Positions 31,297 through 42,245 of a DNA stretch of 64,000 nt are shown one piece after another. The stretch's first letter is position 1, and every line of letters starts with the position of its first letter. Source of the stretch: Myxococcota bacterium. Its GTDB lineage: Bacteria; Myxococcota_A; SURF-8; G963663525. The DNA lies in the NCBI GenBank assembly GCA_963676915.2, contig CAXXVK010000035.1, positions 84,905 to 148,904 of the forward strand. Reading direction: 5' to 3'. A program made the position numbers and the translations under genes. The notes below the pieces were generated by a model, which worked only from the letters and a program-made list of their open reading frames with translations, did no database searches and was not told the DNA's origin.

Positions 31297-31915
31297 GTTC
31301 GTCTCCCTTGCTGTCGAGTCCTGCGCCGGAGTTCATGTGTCGTTTCAACAGGTTGGCCGAAGAAAGGCCGGTTTCGTACCCACATCGGACATCCTCTCGC
31401 CGCTCGATTCGCGCCACTTCCCAGGGGGAACGGACCGGGGCGTCGGAAGGCTCCGAAATCGCCGGGGGACGCTCGTTGCCGAAAAGTTGCACGAACAGTT
31501 CCGAAGGCGCTTCAGAAGAAATTTCCGATTCCAGCTGCGGACTTGGGGCCAGTCCCCGTTCTTCTTCCTGTCGGGCGTACACCGTTTCGGTGTGCAAGGA
31601 AGGCTGATTGCGAGGTGTTTGGGCTACCGCTGTTTCGATAAGAACCCGGTCCTCGCCGTTTTCCGGTACGGCAACAAGCAACTGATAGTCGCGATCCGCG
31701 ATAACTCCTGAGAAATAATAGCTTTTCGTTTCCGGATCGATCTCGATACGGCGAACGATCTTCCCTCCCGAACGAAGCATCAACACCACAGGACGCATTG
31801 AAGTCGCCGTGATTCGCTGCCAGGTTTCGGTATCGAAATCCCAATAACCGAACAGGCGATCGGGACTCAATGCAAAGAGGTAACCTCGGTTTTCATTGTA
31901 GCTGAACGGAAGCAT
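31289..31915 (-). CDS. DUF4912 domain protein
   Basis: LP..Y.E......SPDRLFGYWDF motif; usual upstream partner of GH57 branching enzymes. Confidence 0.75.
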   Translation of the reverse strand: MLPFSYNENRGYLFALSPDRLFGYWDFDTETWQRITATSMRPVVLMLRSGGKIVRRIEIDPETKSYYFSGVIADRDYQLLVAVPENGEDRVLIETAVAQTPRNQPSLHTETVYARQEEERGLAPSPQLESEISSEAPSELFVQLFGNERPPAISEPSDAPVRSPWEVARIERREDVRCGYETGLSSANLLKRHMNSGAGLDSKGDEHA

Positions 31916-32210
31916 GATTTTCGATCCTTTGGTTCTCGCATCCGGTGTCTAAGCAATGATAAGTCTTTTCGAAAGGTTTTCAAACTCAATGTTTTTCTTT
32001 GAAATCCAAGAATAGTGGAGAAAACGCGAGAAAACACTCCGAGAGGTGTCACGTATCAACACAACGGACTGTTGTCAACTCCTAAAAGTATTATTTGTGT
32101 CAAACTTTTGTTGGCATACGGTTTTATCGGGATTCGAGGTAACGTTGGTAACAGGCTGAAGAATTTGTATAAATCCGACATTTTCAAAAACCGCGCGTTT
32201 TTAGAAATTA

Positions 32211-32234
32211 GTAGGTCGGGTGAATTTCACCCGA
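32211..32234 (+). repeat. single GTAG-REP, family 1
   Basis: GTAGGTCGGGTGAATTTCACCCGA. Confidence 0.75.
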
Positions 32235-32339
32235 AATTACCAGGAGATGGAACAGGACCAACCTTGTTCCATCGTAAAACTTCATGCGGCGTGGATAAAC
32301 CCCGGACGCCTCACCCCCCGTTAAAATTGTAGATTCACG

Positions 32340-33179
32340 TCAGTAGTTCCGCCCCGCGTATCGTTTGGCCTGCTGAAACGTTTCGAGATCCTGCTCCTTT
32401 TTCAGCAGGACACCGACGAAAGGCATGGCTTTTTCAATTTCCTTGGCCGAAATTCCGGCACGCATCAGGACGCCGATCCAATCGACCAACTCGGATGTCG
32501 AAGGCTTTTTGCGGAACTGCTCGATGCTGCGCAGCCAGTAGAACTTGCTAAGACATCGACGTAACAGGTCTTTTTTGATATCCGGGTAATGCACGTAGAC
32601 GATGCGTTCCATCAGGTTTTCGTCGGGAAAATCGATGAAATGAAAAACGCAGCGCCGCAGGAAAGGATCGGGAAGTTCTTTTTCCGAATTCGAGGTGATG
32701 ATGATCACCGGCCGATGTTTTGCCGTGATTTTGTCGCCGGTTTCCACGACTTCGAAGCTCATTTCGTCCAGCTCGGCGAGAAGGTCGTTGGGAAACTCCA
32801 GGTCGGCTTTGTCGATTTCGTCGATCAGCACCACGGCGCGTTCTTCGGACAAAAACGCCTGTCCGAGCGGTCCGAAACGGATGTACTGCCGAATGTCGGA
32901 GACATCTTTGTCACCGAAGCGGGAATCGTTGAGGCGCTGGACGGTATCGTACACATACAGGCCGTCCACGGCTTTCGATGTGGATTTCACCTGCCACTTG
33001 TACAGCGGCATATCGAGCGCTCGGGCGATGTTTTCGGCCAGCAGCGTTTTCCCGGTACCGGGCTCGCCTTTGATCAACAAGGGACGCTCCAGCGCGATCG
33101 AGACGTTTACGGCGTCTTTCAACTCGTCGGAAGCGATATACTGATTCGTGCCTTGAAAACGATGAAAACCGTCCTTCAT
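32340..33179 (-). CDS. MoxR-family AAA+ ATPase
   Basis: Walker A GEPGTGKT, Walker B VLIDEIDKAD, FPNDLL, ITSNSEKELPDPFLRRC. Confidence 0.93.
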   Translation of the reverse strand: MKDGFHRFQGTNQYIASDELKDAVNVSIALERPLLIKGEPGTGKTLLAENIARALDMPLYKWQVKSTSKAVDGLYVYDTVQRLNDSRFGDKDVSDIRQYIRFGPLGQAFLSEERAVVLIDEIDKADLEFPNDLLAELDEMSFEVVETGDKITAKHRPVIIITSNSEKELPDPFLRRCVFHFIDFPDENLMERIVYVHYPDIKKDLLRRCLSKFYWLRSIEQFRKKPSTSELVDWIGVLMRAGISAKEIEKAMPFVGVLLKKEQDLETFQQAKRYAGRNY

Positions 33180-33324
33180 ATTCCTACCTTTGCAAAGGAA
33201 ATTCTGTTGGCGATGGCAGAAAAATGCCTCATCCATAAGTTATTGAAAGAATAGGGATGGATTCGCGAAAGTCAAATGACAGAGCAGAACAGAAACCCAC
33301 TCCCAGCAAAGCTCGCTCGGATGC

Positions 33325-33508
33325 TTAACCCGGAAAATTCATGAAAAAACTGCTGCGACGTGAAAATCCTCGATCTTTCACTCGTTTCACAATTTTTTAT
33401 ACTCAACATACTGTCAAGTATGTTTCCGTTAAAAAATCGTTCCAACTTCGCGAAATATCATCGGTTTTCAGCGTCTCGCGACGATTTCTCATGAATTTTC
33501 CAGGTTAA
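33325..33508. mobile_element. 184-bp MITE-like hairpin element, copy 2
   Basis: Ends TTAACCCGGAAAATTCATGA / TCATGAATTTTCCAGGTTAA; interior homologous to 894-1076. Confidence 0.75.
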
Positions 33509-33627
33509 AAAATCGCCTTGTCTTTTCCCACCTTGAAGTTGTTTCATGAACCGGTTTTATGGTAGCGTTCCTTGCCGATTACAAAGGGTGTAAAATTTCA
33601 CCGGAACGACAGCAAAGGACCGCCCCC

Positions 33628-34278
33628 ATGACACCGGAACTGAAAGTCGCCGTCATCGATATGGACGAAACGCTGATTTCCTCGAAAGAGTTCATCGTGG
33701 AATTTCTGAAGGGGGCTTTCGCCTACCTGGATCGGCCATTTCCTTCGGAAGTCGAGGACCGCGCCTTTTCGATGGACGAACGAACGTTTATCAAGACCTA
33801 TTTCAACGATCCCGTTGAGATGGCCAAGTTGCTGGAATACAAGGCGAAAGTCATGGACGAGCGAGGCTGGGTGCGTTTCCCGAAAAAGCCGGGAGCCGAC
33901 GAGTTTCTTGAACGCGCTGCATCCCACTGGAGCCTTGCATTGGCAACCAATCGCGCCGAATCCTCCGAAAGCGTGCTTGAAGCCTACGGCTGGGACCAAT
34001 ACTTCGATCTCGTCCTGCACGCCGAGAATTTTACCTACACCAAACCCGACCGGAGGGTTATCGGTCACATCATGGAAACTCTTGGAGCAACCCCGGACGA
34101 AACGGTGATGGTCGGGGACTCTCCTTTCGACGCCGAGGCCGCGAAAAACGCGGGAGTGCTGTCGATTCTCGTGGGTGACGACGATTCGGGCGATTTTCAG
34201 GTTTCCAGCCTCTTGGAAGCTCTGAAACTTTTGGAAAACTGGACCGAGACGTGGAAAACCGGCCGGGAGAAACGGTGA
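33628..34278 (+). CDS. HAD-superfamily hydrolase (phosphoglycolate phosphatase-like)
   Basis: Motif I DMDET, motif II ATN, KPD, motif IV VGDSPFD. Confidence 0.9.
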   Translation: MTPELKVAVIDMDETLISSKEFIVEFLKGAFAYLDRPFPSEVEDRAFSMDERTFIKTYFNDPVEMAKLLEYKAKVMDERGWVRFPKKPGADEFLERAASHWSLALATNRAESSESVLEAYGWDQYFDLVLHAENFTYTKPDRRVIGHIMETLGATPDETVMVGDSPFDAEAAKNAGVLSILVGDDDSGDFQVSSLLEALKLLENWTETWKTGREKR

Positions 34279-34282
34279 CGCC

Positions 34283-36949
34283 ATGGGTTTTTTAGGAAAG
34301 CTGTTTCCTCCAAGCACGTCGGCGCTGATCGATCGCATCAACAGCCTGGAAGCCTCGATGCAGGCGAAATCCGATCGCGAACTTGCCGAATTGACACCGC
34401 TTTTCAAGAAACGCAGAGAAGCCGGAGAATCGCGCCTCGATCTGCTACCCGAAGCTTTCGCCGCCGTACGCGAAGCTGCCCGACGAACGCTCGGGATGCG
34501 ACCGTTCGACGTTCAATTGCAGGGCGGTATCGAACTGGCGCAAGGGCGCGTTGCCGAAATGAAGACCGGTGAAGGTAAAACGCTGGTCGCGACCCTGCCG
34601 GTGTATCTTTTCGCGCTGGACGGATTGGGTGTCCACGTCGTGACGGTCAACGACTACCTAGCCCGTCGCGATGCCGAATGGATGGGACAAGTCTATGATT
34701 TCATGGGACTTTCCACCGGATGTATTCAGGAAGATATGGGTGACGACGAGGAAACCGATCGTATGGCCAGGCAAGCAGCCTACGCATCGGATATCACCTA
34801 TGCCACCAACAGCGAACTCGTCTTCGACGACCTGCGCGACAACCTCGCCCAAAGTATCGACGAACGTGTACATCGTGGATTTCACGCCGCACTGGTAGAC
34901 GAAGCCGACTTGATTCTGCTGGACGAAGCCCAGACCCCATTGATCATTTCCGGGCCGGGAGACGGCGACAACAAACTGTTCGCCCGTGTGGACAAAGTGC
35001 TGAAAAAACTCAAGGAAACCAAGCACTTTGTCGTCGATCGAAAAATCCGGGCGGCGGCGCTGACCGAAGAAGGTTTGCAGCGGGTGGAAGACGCCTTGGG
35101 TGTAGGGGCGTTGGATTCTCCCGACAACCTGCCGTATTTTCACGCGGTTCACCAGTCGTTACAGGCGCATGCCGTGTTTCGCAAGGATGTCGAATACATC
35201 GTTAGTGAAGGTCAAGTCTTTCTGGTGGACGAGCACACAGGCCGAGTCAGTCCGGACAAGCGTTTTTCCGACGGTCTGCACCAGGCGTTGGAAGCCAAAG
35301 AACGGGTGCCGATTCGCGAGGAAGATCGGACCTACGCCAAAACGTCGTATCAGTATTTTTTCTTGAAATACAAGCACTTATGCGGCATGACCGGCACCGC
35401 CTGGGGTGATCGGGAAGAGTTGCGTAAAATCTACAATCTGCGTGTCAAACGGATCGAGCCCCACAGGCCGATGATCCGCACGGATTACCAATGGGTCGTT
35501 TTTCGCAACAAAGCCGAAAAATTCGATGCCGTGGCCGACGAGATCGAGGATATGCGCGAGATGGGCCGCCCGGTGCTCGTCGGTACGACCCATGTAGAAG
35601 AATCCGAGCAGCTCAGCGCCGTTCTCAAGCGACGCGGGATGAAACATGCGGTGCTCAACGCCAAGTATCACGACCGGGAGGCCGATATCATCGCCCAGGC
35701 CGGACGCCGTGACTCCGTGACGATTTCGACCAATATGGCCGGACGCGGTACCGATATTTTACTGGGCGGAGATCCTAAACGCCTTGCGGCGGACGAGGCC
35801 GAAATCGGTTCGGAAGCCTATGAAATCGCTTACGAAAAATGGAAACGGATCTGCGAGGACGAACACGAGGAAGTGGTCAAGGCCGGAGGGTTGCACGTCA
35901 TCGGCACCGGAGAGCACGAAGCACAGCGCATCGATGAACAGTTGCGAGGTCGTGCAGGCCGTCAGGGCGACCCCGGCTCGTCGATGTTCATCGTCTCGAT
36001 TTCGGACGATGTATACCGGCGCTTCGGAGAATGGCACGACGAAAAAAGCAAACTTCCCTCGGCCTATCAACGCATTGCGGAAATGATCGAAAACCTGCCG
36101 CGAGGCGAGGCGATTGAAATCCCGCACGTATCGAGAATTCTTAACGATTTACGAAAGAAAGTCGAAGCGGAAAACCGGGCGATCCGCTTGGAAGTGTTTA
36201 AATACGACGGCGTGATCAACGAGATGCGCAACCGCTTGTACGATCTTCGGCGAAAGATCATGGAGACGCCGGACGCCGAGAGCTGGCGGACAACGGTTCC
36301 CGATATCCTGGAACCTCTGTTCGATGCCATGAAGCGCCAGGTCAAACAGGCCACCGAAAAAGGAGACCCGCCGGGTGGGTTGTGGTCCGCCGCCGTACAC
36401 GAACGTCTGGGTCGAATGGTGTTCGACGAAACGGAAGTTGCGCCGAAGAGTTTCGACGAGGCGAAAAACTACCTGATCGAAAGCTTTGAGAAACGTTACA
36501 TTGGAGAAATAGACGAAGATCTCGCCCAGTGGGAACGCGGTGTGCTGCTGGAATCGCTCGATTCTTTATGGGCGCAGTGCTTGAGCGAACTGGAGCGCAT
36601 CGAAGAGGGTATCGGTCTGCGATCGTATGCCGAACTCAATCCGCTGGTGGAATTCCGCAAAGAAGCCGGGCATGTGATGAACCGCTTCATGCTCGACGCT
36701 CTGGACCACGCCTTCCGTCTGTGGCTGAGTCTCGATGTGAAAACCTCCGATCTGTCCGCCACGTCCGTCTCGGGCGGATTGTCTCTGGACGATCTTCGTG
36801 CGGGTCTCAAAGGCACAGGGGACGATGCCATTGACCGGCGCTTGTCACGAGCGCAGCGGCGCGTTTTGAAAAAAGCCTTGCGAAAAAAGGGAAAGGGTGG
36901 AAAAAAACGCCCCAATCGACCCAAAAACCGACGAAAACGCAAAGGATGA
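34283..36949 (+). CDS. secA: preprotein translocase SecA paralog (accessory SecA2-like)
   Basis: AEMKTGEGKT, VTVNDYLARRD, GLHQALEAKE, GMTGTA, STNMAGRGTDI, QLRGRAGRQGDPG; lacks the C-terminal CPCGSG zinc motif. Confidence 0.9.
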   Translation: MGFLGKLFPPSTSALIDRINSLEASMQAKSDRELAELTPLFKKRREAGESRLDLLPEAFAAVREAARRTLGMRPFDVQLQGGIELAQGRVAEMKTGEGKTLVATLPVYLFALDGLGVHVVTVNDYLARRDAEWMGQVYDFMGLSTGCIQEDMGDDEETDRMARQAAYASDITYATNSELVFDDLRDNLAQSIDERVHRGFHAALVDEADLILLDEAQTPLIISGPGDGDNKLFARVDKVLKKLKETKHFVVDRKIRAAALTEEGLQRVEDALGVGALDSPDNLPYFHAVHQSLQAHAVFRKDVEYIVSEGQVFLVDEHTGRVSPDKRFSDGLHQALEAKERVPIREEDRTYAKTSYQYFFLKYKHLCGMTGTAWGDREELRKIYNLRVKRIEPHRPMIRTDYQWVVFRNKAEKFDAVADEIEDMREMGRPVLVGTTHVEESEQLSAVLKRRGMKHAVLNAKYHDREADIIAQAGRRDSVTISTNMAGRGTDILLGGDPKRLAADEAEIGSEAYEIAYEKWKRICEDEHEEVVKAGGLHVIGTGEHEAQRIDEQLRGRAGRQGDPGSSMFIVSISDDVYRRFGEWHDEKSKLPSAYQRIAEMIENLPRGEAIEIPHVSRILNDLRKKVEAENRAIRLEVFKYDGVINEMRNRLYDLRRKIMETPDAESWRTTVPDILEPLFDAMKRQVKQATEKGDPPGGLWSAAVHERLGRMVFDETEVAPKSFDEAKNYLIESFEKRYIGEIDEDLAQWERGVLLESLDSLWAQCLSELERIEEGIGLRSYAELNPLVEFRKEAGHVMNRFMLDALDHAFRLWLSLDVKTSDLSATSVSGGLSLDDLRAGLKGTGDDAIDRRLSRAQRRVLKKALRKKGKGGKKRPNRPKNRRKRKG

Positions 36950-36958
36950 TGAATTTTA

Positions 36959-37095
36959 GTAGGTCGGGCAAATTTCTTGCCCGACAATATTATGGTGTTT
37001 AGAAAATTTGTCCGTTGCACATGTAGGTCGGGTGATTTTCACCCGACACAAGGTTCCGTATTCGAAAATTGTCGGGTGAAAATCACCCGATCTAC
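36959..37095. repeat. cluster of three GTAG-REPs, family 1
   Basis: Units at 36959-36985, 37023-37047 and inverted 37071-37095. Confidence 0.85.
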
Positions 37096-37129
37096 TACTA
37101 CACTATCGAACTCTTTGCCGGGGGAGTAG

Positions 37130-39422
37130 ATGCTTTCGAATTACATCCGTTTCGTCACGACCCATAAACGCCTCGTTCTGGTGTTGCTTGGATTGGTGAC
37201 GCTGCTGGCTGTATTCAGCATCTCCCGTGGGGTGATCGCCTCGTCCATGGGGCAGATGTTTTTAGGCGAGCATCCCGGATACCCGGTGTATCAGGAACGC
37301 ATCCGGCAGTTTGTCAGCGATGAAGTGATTCTCGTAGCTTTCGAACACCCCGACCCTTTGTCCGAGAAAAACCTGCAAAAACTTCGTGAAACCGAACGGA
37401 ATCATTGAAGAGTTAGAAGAAGTACAGAGGGTGGACAGCCTGCTCGACGCCCAACGAATCTGGATGGAAGACGGCTCGTTGCAGGTCGAAAAATACGCCG
37501 ACGCCGCCGAGAAATCCCCCGAAGAACGAAGCCAATGGCTCGAAGAACTCCGTACCGATCCCTTGGCCAAAGGATTGGTGATCAGCTCGGACGGCAGGCA
37601 TTCGGCGTTGATCGTCGAGCTGGTTCCCGATCCGTTGCGAGCGGCCGAACGCGGCCCCGAAATCGCCGAGTTCGTGCGGGAAACCTTGCGTCAAAACGGT
37701 TTCAAACGTGACAAACAACACATGGTCGGGTTGGTTGCCTCCGTTTCCGAGGTGATGGTACAGACGAACAAAAACATCTACGAGATTTTCCCCATCGTCT
37801 GCGCCGTGTTGCTAGCGACGGTTTTTTTGCTGTTTCGGGCTTTCTGGCCGGTGGCGATTACGTTCGTCGTGTCGTTCGTTTCGGTGATCTGGACATTCGG
37901 CTTCGCCATTCTGCTCGACCGACAGGTCAGCATTTTAACGGCCATGGTCCCGGCGGTCATGCTGATCGTCGCCACGTCCGACGTGATCCACCTATGCAGC
38001 GCTTACCTGCTGGAGTTGGGACGGTGGGCGCACGAAAAACGATGCCGTGTTGCAAAGCGGTTCCGAAGTGGGGGCCGCCTGCCTGCTGACCTCGTTGACC
38101 ACCTTCATCGGCTTTCTTTCGCTTTCGTTCGTGCCGACACCCATTTTTCGGCAACTGGGACTGGTTCTCGGATTCGGTGTGGGTATGGCGCTGTTTCTGG
38201 CGGTTACCCTCACACCGATCCTTCTGACGCTCCTGCCCGAACCGAAGGGCTGGCAAAAAGGCCGCCATACCGTTCAGGATTTGCTTGGCCGATGGCTGAA
38301 ACTGGCGCAATGGCTGGCTTTACGTCATCCTCGTTCAGTGATTGTTTTTTTGCCGCCGTGATCGCTCTGGCCGTTGCTGGATCGCTTCAACTGGAGATCG
38401 AAACCGACCTGTCTAAGCGAATGGGAGAAGACAATCGTTTGCGCCAGGATGAACGCTATTACTCTGCGCATTTCGCCGGGTCGAACTTCCTCGATGTCTT
38501 TGTGGAATCTCCAAAATCCAAGGGTCTCCTCGATACCGATACCTTTCGGAAAATCGTGGAATTTCAAGAGGATATCGAAGACTTGCCCCGAAGTCGAACA
38601 GGTTTTCTCGCTGGTCGATCTGATGGAGCGCATCGACCTTCGATTGAACCCGGACGCACCTCCTCGACCTTCCGACGGCTGGAGCCGTCCGCTTGTTGTC
38701 GCAATACCTTCTTTTGTTCGAAATGGCGGGAGGCGAAGACCTGGGAACGCCTGATCGATCCCGAAAAAAAGACCCTGCGTCTGGCGGCACGGTTGAGCGG
38801 TACGGCGTTTCGATCCACCTACACCACCGGTGAAACCATTCGTGCTTTGGGAAAAGAGCGTTTCGGGAACGGAGTACAAGCCGAACCCAACGGTATCGTC
38901 TACCTGATGGGGTAACTGGCTGGACGAAATCATTGCAGGTCAGCGCGATGGCCTTACCTTCGCCTTGCTGGCCATTGCCGTAATGATGGTCGTCGGCCTG
39001 CGCTCGTTTCGTGCGGGGTCTGTGGTCGATGCTTCCCAATGTCGTACCGTTGGTGATTCTTGGCGGATTACTGGGTTGGTTCTGGGACAAGGTGGATTCC
39101 GACACGATGTCGGTGGGGATGATCGCCATCGGTATCGGACGTGGACGATACGATCCATTTCCTGATGCGCTTCCGGCTGGAATCTCTCAAAGGTATCGGT
39201 AAAACGGAAGCACTCGAACGAACGTTCGATTTCAGCGGACGGGCTATTGTTATCACCACCGTGATTCTGGGACTGGGCTTCGCACCGTTCGCTTTTAGTG
39301 AATACTACTCTATCTGGATGATGGGAACCCTCCTTCCCATGACCCTGTTTGCCGCTCTCGCCGCCGATTTGCTATTGGTTCCGGCACTGGCACAGGTAGG
39401 TTGGCTCAGGTTTTGGAAATAA
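37130..39422 (+). CDS. MMPL/RND-superfamily membrane transporter (multiple frameshifts)
   Basis: Fragments join into two TM-loop-5TM halves with VATSDVIH, ACLLTSLTTFIGFLSL, GIG-VDDTIHF, GRAIVITT and ADLLLVPAL motifs. Confidence 0.85.
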
Positions 39423-39524
39423 AGTTTTAACGAGATGAAATGACGAAAATCCTCGAAAACACACCATCATTGATCTTTCATGCGTGGGCAGTGTAAAGTC
39501 GTTGGTGTGATTACTGCTTTTACG

Positions 39525-40227
39525 ATGCATCAAAAAATGCCTGAGTTTCAATCCATTTTGCGTCCATTTGTAGCTGTGGTTTTGTGCCTGCTGATTTTTG
39601 CGAATGGCTGCGCCCATCGGTCCGGCTCGGTGTCCCGGCAGAAATCCTTGAAAAGCGGGGATGTGTTCGAGGGCAACTGCTCGTGGTACGGGAAAAAATT
39701 TCACGGGCGACTGACCGCCAACGGCGAACGTTTCGACATGCACGCCATGACGGCGGCTCACAAGCATCTGCCGTTCAATACCCGACTTCGGGTAACCAAC
39801 CTGGCCAACGGTCGCAGCCTCGTTTTGCGCATCAACGATCGAGGCCCGTTCGTTCCTGGGCGAGTGCTGGATGTCAGCAAAGCCGCTGCGAAGGAACTGG
39901 GATTTCTCGGCCAGGGGGGTTACGCGCATCCGTGCGGAAATTCTCAATGATTCCCAACCTGTAGCTTCTCCACCCACCGAAACCGTCACCGATTCGTCCC
40001 CCGATGGCAATCTACTGGTCGTCGAGGACTTTTCTAGCAAAATGTGGGCTTTACGCCTGTATCAGGTTCTGGAACCCCGTTTCCCGAAAATGCGAATCGA
40101 AGAGAAAGACGGTCGTTGGCGGGTCGTGCTTCACAGTTTCAACTCCGAAGAAAGTCGCCAGCGGATTTACAACTCTCTCAAACGAGAGGGGTACCCCGCC
40201 CCGCTTGGAATAATTCCTATCCAGTGA
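39525..40227 (+). CDS. rlpA: RlpA-family lytic transglycosylase lipoprotein with SPOR-like C-terminus (frameshift in G-run near 39915)
   Basis: Lipobox ANGC; [45 protein letters not shown]; continues in frame 39871-40227. Confidence 0.88.
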
Positions 40228-40235
40228 GGGTCATC

Positions 40236-40641
40236 ATGAAACGCACCTACTATTGCCCCAAATGCAACGCCACGCTCAACCCGAACGTTAAAATCATTTT
40301 GATCGCCCAAAAGCGCCAGCGCCGAGGCATGATATTGTTCAGCCCCCAATCCCGGCAATTACAAAGCGGTCGTCTCGGAAGACCTGAACATTCACGATGG
40401 GGATAAAGTGTCGTTTTTCTGTCCGGTGTGTCAGGCCGATTTGAAATCGTGCGTTGACAAGAACCTCGCTCGAATCGACTTCAAACAGTCCAACGGAACG
40501 GAAGGAAAGGTTAATTTCAGCCGGATTTTCGGAGAAGAAGCCACCTATTTCGTGACCCAGGAACAAGTTCGTTCGTTCGGTTCCAACGCGGAGATCTACG
40601 GGGCCGTCAATTTCTTCGGAGAGGGTCTGGACGACGACTGA
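40236..40641 (+). CDS. hypothetical protein with two CxxC motifs (frameshift near 40345)
   Basis: MKRTYYCPKC... joins ...PGNYKAVV...FFCPVC... across a C-run. Confidence 0.65.
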
Positions 40642-40648
40642 CGGCACT

Positions 40649-40733
40649 GTCGAATGAAATCACCTGCCCTACTACGTGCTCCATCAAACAGTAGTTTTCG
40701 ATATTTGTCGGGCAACAAATTTGCCCGATCTAC
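40649..40733 (-). repeat. GTAG-REP (40707-40733) plus a degenerate unit
   Basis: GTCGGGCAACAAATTTGCCCGATCTAC; decayed GTCGAATGAAATCACCTGCCCTAC. Confidence 0.7.
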
Positions 40734-40751
40734 GGAACATTTCCGCTTTAT

Positions 40752-41216
40752 TTACACTCCCGAAGGGAAACGACTGGCGTTCTTCTTCATTGTTTCGGAT
40801 ACTTTGCGTTCGTTGAACGCTCGCCAATCACCTTTGGGTACGTCTTCGTAAGCCAGAGAAAGTTCCGTCAGGCGATCGAGGGTCGAACGATAGATCCAGG
40901 CTTCGACTTCGCCGTCCTGCGTATTGACACGATGTTTTTCACGAGTGCATTCGTCGGTTTCTTCGTTTCCCCGAACGCCTCGAAAATAGTCCAGCCGTTC
41001 AAAGGCTTTTGCCGGAATCTGCACCAATTCGCCCACGACTTCATCGTCTCCATCGAGCATTACGGGCAGTCCGGCTTCTTCGAGATGCACGAGCCGTCCC
41101 CGTGCCTGAGCCGAAACCGGGTGAACCTGAAGATCGCCCAGGTAGCTTTCGTGAAACGTCAAACCGCTCATCAACGGCCCGTATACAAAGAGGTTTTCGA
41201 AAAGTTTTTCGGTCAT
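40752..41216 (-). CDS. gamma-glutamylcyclotransferase (AIG2-like) family protein
   Basis: LFVYGPLMSG, VVGELV, EAWIY, GDWR pattern; ATGA overlap with the upstream gene. Confidence 0.75.
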   Translation of the reverse strand: MTEKLFENLFVYGPLMSGLTFHESYLGDLQVHPVSAQARGRLVHLEEAGLPVMLDGDDEVVGELVQIPAKAFERLDYFRGVRGNEETDECTREKHRVNTQDGEVEAWIYRSTLDRLTELSLAYEDVPKGDWRAFNERKVSETMKKNASRFPSGV

Positions 41217-42010
41217 GACGCGTTTTCCTTGGCTTTTTTCTTTCGTTTCGCCGGTTTCTTTTTTCCTGCTTGTTTCTTCAACAATTTTTGGCGGGCTTTG
41301 ACCCACTGCACGAACATTCGCGTCCTAGCGTACAACTGCTCCCGTCGCTTGTCGAGCCACGCCGCATCGATGGAGATCATGTCCTCGCGGTAATGCTCGA
41401 AAGCTTTGGGCAACTCCTCACTGGACAAATGCAGCAATTGCATCAAACGAAACGGATCTTGCGCTTTCGTGAAACCGAACTGGACGGCGGGTACGATGGC
41501 GATCCAGCTTCGATCCTGCATCGCCAGAGTTTCGATCCACATGATTTCCGATAGGGAGAGCTTATATGGATGCCGAGCCGTCATCGCCAACCCTACGGCC
41601 TTCATTCGACCCGAAAGGTTGCGTAGCAAAGAACCTTCGATGTCGCTGTCTTCCTGCCAGAGAAATCCCACTCCTCGCCGCGACTCCCAGCCATCCAACA
41701 GACAACGGATCTTCCCGTACTGGAATTGCACGTCGCGCTCCACTTCGAATCCCGCCTCGAAAAAGACTTCGTTCATAATCGCCAACGCTTCGTCTTCGGG
41801 AAACGAGTACCACCTAGGACGATCCGAAACCAGCGGAATTCCCTGGGAAATCGAATAGTCGTTCTGAGCCATCGAGTAGGTATTGATCAGCAGGCTACGC
41901 CCATCGGTCATCAGGAAGGGATGCTCGCGGTCCAACGGGCTTTGCTCGGTCGGTTTGGCGCAACCACCTAGGATCACTACCAAACCCAGGATTAACAGGA
42001 AACGGTGCAA
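41213..42010 (-). CDS. hypothetical lipoprotein
   Basis: TTG start after GGAGG; signal peptide with lipobox LGGC; basic C-terminal tail. Confidence 0.65.
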   Translation of the reverse strand: MHRFLLILGLVVILGGCAKPTEQSPLDREHPFLMTDGRSLLINTYSMAQNDYSISQGIPLVSDRPRWYSFPEDEALAIMNEVFFEAGFEVERDVQFQYGKIRCLLDGWESRRGVGFLWQEDSDIEGSLLRNLSGRMKAVGLAMTARHPYKLSLSEIMWIETLAMQDRSWIAIVPAVQFGFTKAQDPFRLMQLLHLSSEELPKAFEHYREDMISIDAAWLDKRREQLYARTRMFVQWVKARQKLLKKQAGKKKPAKRKKKAKENAS

Positions 42011-42059
42011 GAAAACCTCCAGAAAATTTCGACAAGAAGAAAACGGCTTCCCATCATCC

Positions 42060-42164
42060 GTAGGTCGGGCAAATTTTTTGCCCGACAATGCCAAGATGTC
42101 GGACAAAAATGAGCCAACCTATAAAACATACCTTCATGTCGGGCTAAAAATTAGCCCGACCTAC
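42060..42164. repeat. GTAG-REP cluster (BIME-like), family 1
   Basis: Same unit pair and similar linker as 824-890, plus a degenerate middle unit. Confidence 0.85.
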
Positions 42165-42245
42165 GAAAAAATGGCAATTCGTCCCAAAGATGACACTTCA
42201 GGGTTTGCAAAAGATCATCAAAAAGTGCCGATCTATGCAAGAACC

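Noticed and set aside
36959-37095. REP clusters as a mini-CRISPR
   Set aside because: Units are inverted and dispersed, and the linkers are conserved rather than unique.
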